Below, one piece after another: positions 1-8,207 of a DNA stretch of 64,000 nt. The notes under the pieces were generated by a model. That model ran no database searches. It was not told where the DNA came from and worked only from the letters and a program-made list of their open reading frames with translations. Origin of the DNA: a bacterium (GTDB taxonomy: Bacteria; Zhuqueibacterota; Zhuqueibacteria; Zhuqueibacterales; Zhuqueibacteraceae); the NCBI GenBank assembly GCA_044869275.1, contig JBIOXB010000139.1, positions 32,001 to 96,000 of the forward strand, given 5' to 3'. The translations under genes and the position numbers were made by a program. Within the stretch, counting starts at the first letter, position 1, and each line of letters starts with the position of its first letter.

Positions 1-68
1 GTGGGCGTCATGGGAAGACCAGATTGGGGCGGGCCGGTCGGCGCCGTGCTTGGATATTTAGGCTCCAT
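1..68 (-). CDS. Possible 5' end of a gene running off the window (MEPKYPSTAPTGPPQSGLPMTP...)
   Basis: Open frame from ATG at 68 to the window edge; too short to classify. Confidence 0.3.
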   Translation of the reverse strand, partial: MEPKYPSTAPTGPPQSGLPMTP

Positions 69-191
69 TCCCGTCTCATTATATGTGTTCCGAAAGATTC
101 TGCAAAAGCGCTATAAAAAGTTTTCCATTTGGCTGGTCACGGCCGAGCAAGCCAGGACAACTGTATAGAGGTTTTTGCAATCGAGGCATGT

Positions 192-330
192 CTAGCAGGA
201 TGCTGAAAAAGCCTCGAATTGCTCTGCTTCGTAGTTTGCGCGAAAGCGGGAATCCATGCTCTTCTTGGATTTTCTGGATACCTGCTTTCGCGGGCATGAC
301 ATTTAACGGGGTTTTTCAGCAACCTGTTAG
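192..330. repeat. Small MITE/REP-like palindromic element
   Basis: Terminal inverted repeats ctagcaggatgctgaaaaa (192-210) and tttttcagcaacctgttag (312-330), 17/19 match; internal inverted pair gcgaaagcgggaatcca / tggatacctgctttcgc. Confidence 0.7.
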
Positions 331-344
331 GCCATGCTGGCGTG

Positions 345-1199
345 TTAACCGCGGAAGACTGAAGCATGCTCTTGAACGAATTCGGCAACGGTTCGCGGCG
401 GCCGGCCAGTGAGATCAGCGACGGTGTTGGTGATCGTTACTGTTTTTCCGCCCGCGCGCTGATAGGCACCGATAGCGAGAATGCTTTCGATGACGGCGGG
501 CGGAACGCCTTCTCGAACGCGGCGCGCCCGCGCTTCCTCTGGAGACTCATCGACAAACCGCAGCTTCTTGCTGATTACCGCGCCGATGATCTCCGCAGCT
601 TGGCGATAAGAAATCGCTTCACTTCCCGTAAGCACATATTTTTTGCCGAGATGTCCCGGCTGAGTGAGCGTGACAAAGGCGACCGCGGCTACGTCACGCG
701 GATCGATGTAAGGAATTTTGCCGTCACCGGAAGGCGAGTAGATGACGACCTCTTTGATGACGTACTCGGCCTGGGCAAGAAGGTTCTGCATAAAGTGGTG
801 AGGCCGGAGCATGGTCCAAGCCATCCCCGACGCTTGCAGTTCCTTCTCGACCTGGTAGTGCCATCGCCCGATGGGGGCATTTGAGTGGTCCGATGCGGCG
901 AAGGCCGAAACCTTCACGACGTGTGTAACGCCCGCGGCGCGTGCTGCAGCAATGGCGTTGTGCTGCAACTCCACCATGTCTTCAAAATAGCTTGTGAGAA
1001 GGAATAATGTCTTGGCATCATCGAAAGCCGTTGTTAACGTTTCTGGTCTAGCCAAATCTCCGACAACCCATGTGATGCCAGGCAGTTTCTGCGCTTTTTT
1101 CGGGCTGCGGACAAGCGCGCGGGCGGGGACCCGCGCTTGGGACAGCAATCGCAAGAGTTCACTCCCAATGACGCCCGTACCGCCAGTCACGAGAATCAT
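345..1199 (-). CDS. NmrA-like atypical SDR NAD(P)H-binding oxidoreductase
   Basis: MILVTGGTGVIG Rossmann motif, WTMLRPHHFMQN, IDPRDVA; 284 aa; GGAGG RBS. Confidence 0.9.
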   Translation of the reverse strand: MILVTGGTGVIGSELLRLLSQARVPARALVRSPKKAQKLPGITWVVGDLARPETLTTAFDDAKTLFLLTSYFEDMVELQHNAIAAARAAGVTHVVKVSAFAASDHSNAPIGRWHYQVEKELQASGMAWTMLRPHHFMQNLLAQAEYVIKEVVIYSPSGDGKIPYIDPRDVAAVAFVTLTQPGHLGKKYVLTGSEAISYRQAAEIIGAVISKKLRFVDESPEEARARRVREGVPPAVIESILAIGAYQRAGGKTVTITNTVADLTGRPPRTVAEFVQEHASVFRG

Positions 1200-1234
1200 A
1201 GATACCTCCTCATATTAAATAAGGAACTCGAATC

Positions 1235-1471
1235 ATGAAAAACATAACCACGAAATACACCAACGGTGAAGTCACCGTGGTATGGCAACCGGCCAAGTGC
1301 ACGCATTCCTGCAAATGTTTCATGGGCTTGCCGGAAGTGTTCAATCCCGACGAGCGCCCGTGGGTGAAGCCGGAAGGCGCGAGCACGGAACGAATCATTG
1401 CGCAGGTCAAGTTGTGCCCCTCGGCGGCGCTGTCTTATTTCATGAATGAAAGCAAGGGTGGGAAGCAGTAA
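1235..1471 (+). CDS. YjdI-like divergent (4Fe-4S)-binding protein
   Basis: CTHSCKC...VFNPDERPWVKP...CPSAALSY pattern; AAGGA RBS. Confidence 0.85.
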   Translation: MKNITTKYTNGEVTVVWQPAKCTHSCKCFMGLPEVFNPDERPWVKPEGASTERIIAQVKLCPSAALSYFMNESKGGKQ

Positions 1472-1597
1472 ACTTTCTCTTGTCCTCTCCCCCTTAGGGA
1501 ATCATTGGCTATGGGAGATTGTGTCATCCCGAAGTGATTCATGCAGAGTGGCATTGTTTACGGGGCGGGATTTGATTGCCGGGCATCGGTCATGCGC

Positions 1598-3757
1598 TCA
1601 ATGTTCCTCGTGTTCCACGGCCTCGAGCGCCCGAGGCATGAACATCTCCTGCGCGGCGCGGCGCGGTTCGCCGGGCGCAGGCTCGCGCCGGAGGTATTGG
1701 CCGTCGGGCTGGCAATCCCACGCCGAACAGTTATCGCGATCATAGACCTCGAAGATTTCTGCGAGCTGTTGCTTGCTCTCGGCATGCAAAATCGGAATGA
1801 TGGTTTCCACACGATTGTCGAGATTGCGCCGCATCCAATCCGCCGAACCGATGTAATACTCCGTCTCCCCGCCGTTGATGAAACAATAAATCCGGCTGTG
1901 CTCCAGAAATCTTCCCACCACGCTGAACGCGCGAATCGTCGGCGAGAGCCCCGGCACGCCCGGCCGCAAGCAGCATAGGCCGCGGACGTTCAGCGTGATG
2001 GGCACGCCCGCCTGGCTGGCGGCATACAACTCCTTGATCATGTCCATATCCTGCAACTGGTTCATCTTCGCGCGAATTCCGCACGGCCGCCCCGCTTTCG
2101 CGTGCTCGACTTCCCGGTGAATCAATTCCACGAAACGCGAGCGCATGTCCTTGGGCGCCACGATGAGCTTGCGATAATGCTGATAGGGCGTGGCGCCGGT
2201 CAATTCGTTGAACAACGCGGACACGTCCTCGCACAATTCGGGATCGCATGTCAGCAGACCCAGATCCTCATACACCCGCGCGGTGCCGGTGTGATAGTTG
2301 CCCGTGCCCGCGTGCATGTAGCGGCGAATGCGGCCCTGCTCCTCGCGCACCACCAGTGCGAGCTTGACGTGGGTTTTCAATTTTTGCACGCCGTAGCTCA
2401 CGTGCACGCCCTCGCGTTCGAGATATTGTCCCCAAGCGATGTTGGGTGCTTCATCGAAACGCGCGGTGACTTCCACCAGCACCGCCACTTGTTTGCCGCG
2501 CCGCGAGGCTTCCGCCAGCGCCTGCACGATGGGCGAATCTTTGCTGGTGCGATAAATGGTGAGCTTGATGGCCAGCACTTGCGGATCCAGCGCCGCAGCG
2601 CGAATGAAACTCAAGACCGAATGATCGAAGCTGTGGTAGGGATGGTGCAGCAAAATATCGGCGCGGCGGATGCGATCGAAGATGGGCAGAGGATGCTCCG
2701 GGTTGAGATCGCGCAGGCGCGGATGAACTTCGGGCTGATGCGGCGGATACGCGAGCTGGGCGTAGCCTTCCGCTTGAAAATTGAGCAGATCACTGAGGCC
2801 GATAAAGTACTCCGTGGGATAGACGTCCTCGAGCTGAATATTCAATTGTGTGGCGAGCCATCTCTGCAGCTTGTCCGGCATATCCGGCTCGACCTGCAAA
2901 CGCACGACGCCGGCGAAACGCCTCGCCTTGAGATCGTTGGTGACCTGGCGGATGATGCTGCCGGGCGCCGAGGGTGCGTCGAAATCCGACTCTTCCAATT
3001 CTTGTTGGGCCGTGGTTTCGTCGCCCTCCGCCCCACGCGTGACGCGAAAGAAATAAGATTTGAGCGACTCCGCCGCGGGAAATAGCTGGTCTAAATTTGC
3101 CGCAATAACCTGTTCCAGCGGCACGTAGCCGGCCTGCTCCGGCAAAGAGACCCAGCGTGGCCGGTTGTTCGGCACCTTGATGCGCACGAAGAGCTTGCGG
3201 TTTATTTTGTTCTCGTGAAATTGCACCGCAAGATTGAGCCCCAAGCTGCTGATGAACGGAAATGGATGCTCGGCGTCGACCGCCAGCGGCGTGAGAATGG
3301 GATGCACCGAGGCGCGAAAGTACTCCTGCAAGTATTCCTTCTGTTTCTTGTTGAGATCGGCATAATCGAGAATCGGAATGCCGGTTTGCTTGAGCCCCGG
3401 GCGAATTTCCTCACGCAGCACGCGCGAGAGGCGGCCGATTTGATCGAAAATTTCCTTGCGGCATGCCGCCATTTCTTCCGCCGGCCGCAAGCCGTCGGCC
3501 GAGGGCCTTTCGATGCCGCGCTTGATCATGCGTTTCATGCCGCTGACGCGCTTCATGAAAAACTCGTCGTGCAATCCGCCCATGATACCGGCGAAGCGCA
3601 CACGTTCCAGCAGCGGCAGCGCGCGATCCTCCACCAGCGCGAGCACGCGTCGCGCAAAATAGAGCCAGCTCAATTCACGATTGAAAAACGAAATTTGTGC
3701 CGCGGGGGTTTCCCACTCGTTACTCTTGGCAAGAAAGAGGGCGGTTTCGCTTTTCAT
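1598..3757 (-). CDS. ppk1: Polyphosphate kinase 1
   Basis: FFNRELSWL, HPFPFIS, LLHHPYHSF, KTHVKL, GTGNYH, GRFLEHSR, SADWMRRNL; start could extend to 3823. Confidence 0.97.
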   Translation of the reverse strand: MKSETALFLAKSNEWETPAAQISFFNRELSWLYFARRVLALVEDRALPLLERVRFAGIMGGLHDEFFMKRVSGMKRMIKRGIERPSADGLRPAEEMAACRKEIFDQIGRLSRVLREEIRPGLKQTGIPILDYADLNKKQKEYLQEYFRASVHPILTPLAVDAEHPFPFISSLGLNLAVQFHENKINRKLFVRIKVPNNRPRWVSLPEQAGYVPLEQVIAANLDQLFPAAESLKSYFFRVTRGAEGDETTAQQELEESDFDAPSAPGSIIRQVTNDLKARRFAGVVRLQVEPDMPDKLQRWLATQLNIQLEDVYPTEYFIGLSDLLNFQAEGYAQLAYPPHQPEVHPRLRDLNPEHPLPIFDRIRRADILLHHPYHSFDHSVLSFIRAAALDPQVLAIKLTIYRTSKDSPIVQALAEASRRGKQVAVLVEVTARFDEAPNIAWGQYLEREGVHVSYGVQKLKTHVKLALVVREEQGRIRRYMHAGTGNYHTGTARVYEDLGLLTCDPELCEDVSALFNELTGATPYQHYRKLIVAPKDMRSRFVELIHREVEHAKAGRPCGIRAKMNQLQDMDMIKELYAASQAGVPITLNVRGLCCLRPGVPGLSPTIRAFSVVGRFLEHSRIYCFINGGETEYYIGSADWMRRNLDNRVETIIPILHAESKQQLAEIFEVYDRDNCSAWDCQPDGQYLRREPAPGEPRRAAQEMFMPRALEAVEHEEH

Positions 3758-4087
3758 GGCTTTGCCATTGTCCAGAAAGAAGTTGACCTCTAAGGGCGTC
3801 CTTGCAGCCTGCTGAAGAATCATTTTCGCGCACCGGCTTAGAAGCCGCAGCGATGGTGCCAGCGTCGGCTTCGGGTAAGATACAAAAAATTAATGTTTCA
3901 TGAAAGCGAGCTTCTCCTCTCACCGGAAAGCGGGAAACAGGCATGGCAATCTCACTACCAGCCGTGTGTAATGGCTGAGTTGCAGCAGCGTTGCCAGCAT
4001 TCGTAACCAGGTGACGTTAGGCGTTTGCATGCCGACAAGCGTGCTCAAAGTATATCTAAAGGGGGTGTGGCGCAATGGGGTGAGAAA

Positions 4088-4109
4088 AATCTTAACACAA
4101 TCTTAACAT
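4088..4109. promoter_or_regulatory. Pho-box-like direct repeat (OmpR/PhoB-type site) upstream of ppk1
   Basis: aatcttaacac aatcttaacat: two 11-bp-period repeats with a CTTAAC core. Confidence 0.5.
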
Positions 4110-4246
4110 TGCATCGCAGCCAAATTTTGGCCCTCCGGTCCCGCAAAACTGTAAAGAAGGGAATTTTATGATAGCTTCGAGTGGGGTTAGAAAGGGCAGG
4201 TTATTATCCAGTCCATGGCAGAAACCATGAATTCAAGTTGAGAGGA

Positions 4247-4669
4247 TCAGATGCGCGCGCGCCGGGTGGCTGCTGATAAGGCGGCCGGCTTTCTTGCCGC
4301 CGGGGGGATGGACGGATGCGGAGAATTTCTGTGCTGCAGCGTGCAAGCGGGATTGCCTGCGTGCCCTTTGCGGCGGGCTACGCGAACGCGGGAGTGCGCG
4401 CCGGCGCCTGGCATGTCCACAGCGACAGGTATTTCCCAATACTTGCTGCCGTCGCTCGGACTCTGGCTTTCATGAAAAATGTAGCGCTGCTCCGTCACCG
4501 GCGGGAGCGGCGCACCCTGTACGTTGGCGCGAGCGGGAAAGAGGAAAAGATTCATGGCGCTTAAGAAGTAAGCGACGTGCGAATAGATTTTCAACCAGCT
4601 TTTGTGCTGGCGAGGTGAAAGCCTTTTCTGGACCAGAGAATTTCTATGTTTCGAAGCCGATCTTTTCAT
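4247..4669 (-). CDS. Hypothetical protein, possibly the N-terminal remnant of an exported protein
   Basis: 140 aa ORF with a basic N-terminus and hydrophobic stretch ending ARA; sigma54-like motif upstream. Confidence 0.3.
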   Translation of the reverse strand: MKRSASKHRNSLVQKRLSPRQHKSWLKIYSHVAYFLSAMNLFLFPARANVQGAPLPPVTEQRYIFHESQSPSDGSKYWEIPVAVDMPGAGAHSRVRVARRKGHAGNPACTLQHRNSPHPSIPPAARKPAALSAATRRARI

Positions 4670-4902
4670 GCAGTTTGCGTTGCCTATTTAGGTGAAAAAC
4701 GTCACAAGTCGTTCCTAAATCATTTGCGGAACGAGGTTCGTACCCGACAATTAAGCGAGCTCAATTGTACATTTGTGAGAAGAGGCAGAATCGACCCAAG
4801 AGGTGAAACAATCCGTGGCAAGGCTAATGTGAGACGAATTTTGCATGCACGAGCACGATGCGAGAAGAGCGCGGTTCGCGTTTGGCGAACGCCTGAATCT
4901 TA

Positions 4903-4917
4903 TCAAGACGCGTGCCA
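4903..4917 (-). promoter_or_regulatory. Putative sigma54 -24/-12 promoter (GA variant)
   Basis: Minus strand TGGCACGCGTCTTGA = GG-N10-GA. Confidence 0.35.
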
Positions 4918-5297
4918 AATTTTGGCTTCATTATTCGTAGCGAAAAACAAGCGGTTCGGCGGTTAACGTTGCGACATCTTGTAACAATGGGATTGGAATT
5001 ACAAGTTTGAAATTCGAAACCGTGGAAGTGACCAAAAATGAGACAAAAGACGAGCAGAGGCAGAATAGGGTGTCGTTGGGCAACGTTCGCGCGTTTCCGG
5101 CTATTTGTGGCAACGTCACGGCATATCTCCTCGCCGCGCACCAAGCTGCACGTCATATTTTGCGCCGGCAGAAGAGTCGAGTTCGCGTGCCGCGATGGCT
5201 GGAGCAGCGTAGCTTTTTCGGGGTTGCTCTTTAAGGAAAAGCTGTTTATTATTTTGGGAATGAACCAACAGAATGCGCAGCATCAATCCAGGGCTCA

Positions 5298-6119
5298 ATG
5301 GATCATATGAAATTTCGCCTTGCCTGCGTGCAATTTCGCTCGCGCCTCGGTGATCTCGAATACAATCTCGCACAAATGGCCGCATGGTGCGCACGCGCCG
5401 CCGCCGGGAATGTTGCGGTTTTGGTGTTTCCAGAATGCTGCTTGACCGGCTATTGCCGGCCGCGGCAAATGTCGGAGCTGGCGCAACCGTTTTCCGGAAA
5501 GCTCAAAGAGCGTATTGCCGCAATAGCACAAGAAAACCAAACCATCATTGTCTTCGGCATGCCTGAAAAAGAGGGGACCCGCAATTACAATACGCTGATC
5601 GCCGTCGGCGCAAACGGCGAGACCCTCGCACGTTATCGCAAAATGCATCTGTGGGCCGCGGAGAGCAAATGGGCGCAACCGGGAAACGAATACGTAACAT
5701 TCAAGACCGATTGGGCACATTTCGGGCTGTGGTTGTGCTACGACACGCGCTTTCCCGAAGTCGCGCGCGTGCATGCGCTGCAGGGCATTGAGGTGGCATT
5801 GGTTGCCAGTGCCTGGCGTTCCTCTCATGTCGAGGAATGGCGATTGTGCGCGCAGGCGCGCGCCATCGACAACGGCATCTTCGTGGCCGGGAGCGACGCT
5901 TTGTTGGAGGCGGAGCATTTTCAATGCGCCGGCGGCAGCATTATCGCCGGGCCCGACGGCGGGGTTTTGGCTTTGGCTGAAAAAGGGAAGGAGGAAATGA
6001 TCGCTGCGGAAATCGACACGGCCGCGATCAAAAGCCGGCAAGCAGATTTGCCGCTGTTGCGGCATCGCCGGCCGGAATTGTATGGCAATTTGCTGGAACA
6101 CCTCAAGGTGAAGAGCTGA
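5298..6119 (+). CDS. Carbon-nitrogen hydrolase (nitrilase superfamily)
   Basis: Triad motifs VFPE, YRKMHL, LCYDTRFPE. Confidence 0.93.
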   Translation: MDHMKFRLACVQFRSRLGDLEYNLAQMAAWCARAAAGNVAVLVFPECCLTGYCRPRQMSELAQPFSGKLKERIAAIAQENQTIIVFGMPEKEGTRNYNTLIAVGANGETLARYRKMHLWAAESKWAQPGNEYVTFKTDWAHFGLWLCYDTRFPEVARVHALQGIEVALVASAWRSSHVEEWRLCAQARAIDNGIFVAGSDALLEAEHFQCAGGSIIAGPDGGVLALAEKGKEEMIAAEIDTAAIKSRQADLPLLRHRRPELYGNLLEHLKVKS

Positions 6120-6364
6120 GGCTGCTGGCCTCGTGCCCTTAAGCGCAGTGCCCAGTTGCGTTGCAATTTTTTCTTTGCACTTCTAACCTTATTTCCTTAT
6201 TATGCATTAATTCCATAAATACCTCAATCCGGCTGCAAGATTTTCCCGCGCTAAAATCTCAGCGGTAGGTTGAATACAATTCAAGCGAACATTTGTTCTT
6301 CACAAACAGAGCTGGGAAGATCATTTGTTTGGAGATGTTTAGAGTTCTTGTTCCAGGAGTCAAA

Positions 6365-7144
6365 ATGGATCGACGATCACAATCCTCTTTGACGCATCGC
6401 ATCGTCACAGAGGTATTGGGGCTAACAATTGCTGCTGGCGCCTTGGCACTCGGCACGGTGCCCAACTTGACGGCGAGCTTGCTCGCTCAGGGGCTGGCAG
6501 TTTATGCGGTGTTTTTCACCTTCAGCGTGCTGGTATGGTGGCAAGTGGGCGGCATGGCGGGCGTGGGGATTTTCCGCAACAACCAAACGACGAATGTGCT
6601 GGGGTTATTGACGGCATTTGCCGTGGCATTGCTTCCAATTTTTTTGCGCCTGTTCATCGCCGGGTCCGTTGATTTGCAGGAAACTGCGGCATGGGCCATG
6701 CCGGCCTGTTTTGCGCTCGTCGGCACCGCGCTCGCGCTCATGATTCGCACCGGTAATGTCTATCAATCCAAACGGCAATGGCGGCTGGTGCATCATTCAT
6801 TGTGGGTCGCGAGTGCCATGTTCCTGGCCACGACGCTGATCCCCTTGACCAGCACTTTGTTTTCAATCGTTCCTTTGCGCGTGCTGGCTTGGCTCGTCAT
6901 TCTGACGATTCCTTTGATTGCCCGGCGCATGGGTGTAAGCTTGGTGGCCACGCCGGCGAAACCTCCTTCGCCACGGCCGCTGCCCGGGGAAAATGCTCAG
7001 GCCGGCACGCACGAAGGCGGCCGCCAATTGCAGGGCGTAAATTCCAATAGTGAACCCGGCAGAGAAGAAGCGCAGGACCGCCGCCCGCCGCGGCGCGGCC
7101 ATTACCGCCATCGCCGGCAGGGCGGTTCAAGACGGCGCGTGTAG
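6365..7144 (+). CDS. Multi-pass membrane protein, distantly TMEM175/DUF1211-like, with an Arg-rich tail
   Basis: About 6 hydrophobic helices; AGGAG RBS before ATG 6365. Confidence 0.6.
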   Translation: MDRRSQSSLTHRIVTEVLGLTIAAGALALGTVPNLTASLLAQGLAVYAVFFTFSVLVWWQVGGMAGVGIFRNNQTTNVLGLLTAFAVALLPIFLRLFIAGSVDLQETAAWAMPACFALVGTALALMIRTGNVYQSKRQWRLVHHSLWVASAMFLATTLIPLTSTLFSIVPLRVLAWLVILTIPLIARRMGVSLVATPAKPPSPRPLPGENAQAGTHEGGRQLQGVNSNSEPGREEAQDRRPPRRGHYRHRRQGGSRRRV

Positions 7145-7199
7145 ATCCGAATCCTAAATTTCTGCAAATCATTTTTGTGTCTCAAGGAGAGTAAGTTTC

Positions 7200-7760
7200 A
7201 TGGCAGCAGTGTCCGAATTTCGCAATGGCATGGCAATTTTGCATAATGGCGACGTCTGGATCGTCGCCGAATTCCAGCATTTCAATCCCGGCAACTGGCG
7301 CGCAATGATTCGCACCAAGCTCAAGCACGCCAAAACCGGCCGCGTCGTCGAGCACACGTTTCGCATGACGGACAAAATCGAGGAAGTGCGGCTCGAGGAA
7401 AAAGACATGCAATATCTCTACGCCTCCGACGGCAATCTCTATTTCATGGATACGGAAAACTACGAGCAAACTTTCGTCCCGGCGAGTTTGCTGGGCGATC
7501 AAACGCGTTTCTTGAAAGACGGCAATCTTTGCCACGTGCTGTTTTACGAAGGCAAAGCGATTTCTGCCGAACTGCCCTATTTCGTTGAATTCAAGATCAT
7601 TGAAGCCGAGCCCGCGGTGAAGGGCGACACCGCCACGAGCATCACCAAGGGCGCTAAAATCGAAACCGGCGCCACGGTGCAGGTGCCGCTGTTCATCAAG
7701 GAAGGCGACAAGATCAAAATCGACACGCGCACGGGCAAGTATCTGGAGCGCGCGAACTAG
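7200..7760 (+). CDS. efp: Elongation factor P
   Basis: 186 aa; MQYLY, FMDTENYEQ, KGDTA, VPLFIKEGDKIKIDTRTGKYLER; loop is PGNW rather than PGKG. Confidence 0.97.
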   Translation: MAAVSEFRNGMAILHNGDVWIVAEFQHFNPGNWRAMIRTKLKHAKTGRVVEHTFRMTDKIEEVRLEEKDMQYLYASDGNLYFMDTENYEQTFVPASLLGDQTRFLKDGNLCHVLFYEGKAISAELPYFVEFKIIEAEPAVKGDTATSITKGAKIETGATVQVPLFIKEGDKIKIDTRTGKYLERAN

Positions 7761-7900
7761 CCGCAACGCAAGAGATTCGCCCGAACTGTGGCACCGCCCG
7801 AGAAGTCCCTTTCATTTCTGCATCAGCCGCTCCTAACCGCCGAGGACAAAACGCGCACGCGTGGTAACCCTTCAGATTTCTATCTGTCTTCCACGGAGAG

Positions 7901-7935
7901 AAAACCCAGCCGATTCTTGATCGGCTGGGTTTTTC
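7901..7935. terminator. Bidirectional intrinsic terminator
   Basis: aaaacccagccgat-tcttg-atcggctgggtttt: perfect 14-bp stem with A/T tracts. Confidence 0.85.
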
Positions 7936-7942
7936 CGTCCGT

Positions 7943-8159
7943 TGGAGGCAGGCGTCGTTGCGTTTTCCTCAGATGCACCTTTGCCGGCCCAACCGCTCGG
8001 GAAGCATGTTGATGATTTGGAGATGGGGTCGGACCTATCAGTCAAACCGAATCTTTCACGGCCTTCCGCATTGAGAATCTGAACGGAAGGCCGGGTTGAG
8101 CAAAGTTTCATGCTATCCGGCCCTGCCACCAGCCCGCATCCCGCTTCAGTTTGCCTCCA
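7943..8159. ncRNA. Candidate structured RNA of unknown family
   Basis: Nested complementary segments tggaggca/tgcctcca, gatgc/gcatc, agcatg/catgct, cggccttccg/cggaaggccg; adjoins the terminator. Confidence 0.3.
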
Positions 8160-8207
8160 TTGCATTGCGTTTGAGCACCAGCCCGCTCTTCCAACGAAAG
8201 GTTCAAG

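Noticed and set aside
2102..3793. Long antisense ORFs here and at 9006-10061, 10058-11332, 40215-41537, 42578-43957 and 58212-59303
   Set aside because: Shadow frames of well-supported genes in GC-rich DNA, with no motifs
7872..8165. 97 aa minus-strand ORF
   Set aside because: No RBS or motif, and it runs through a terminator hairpin
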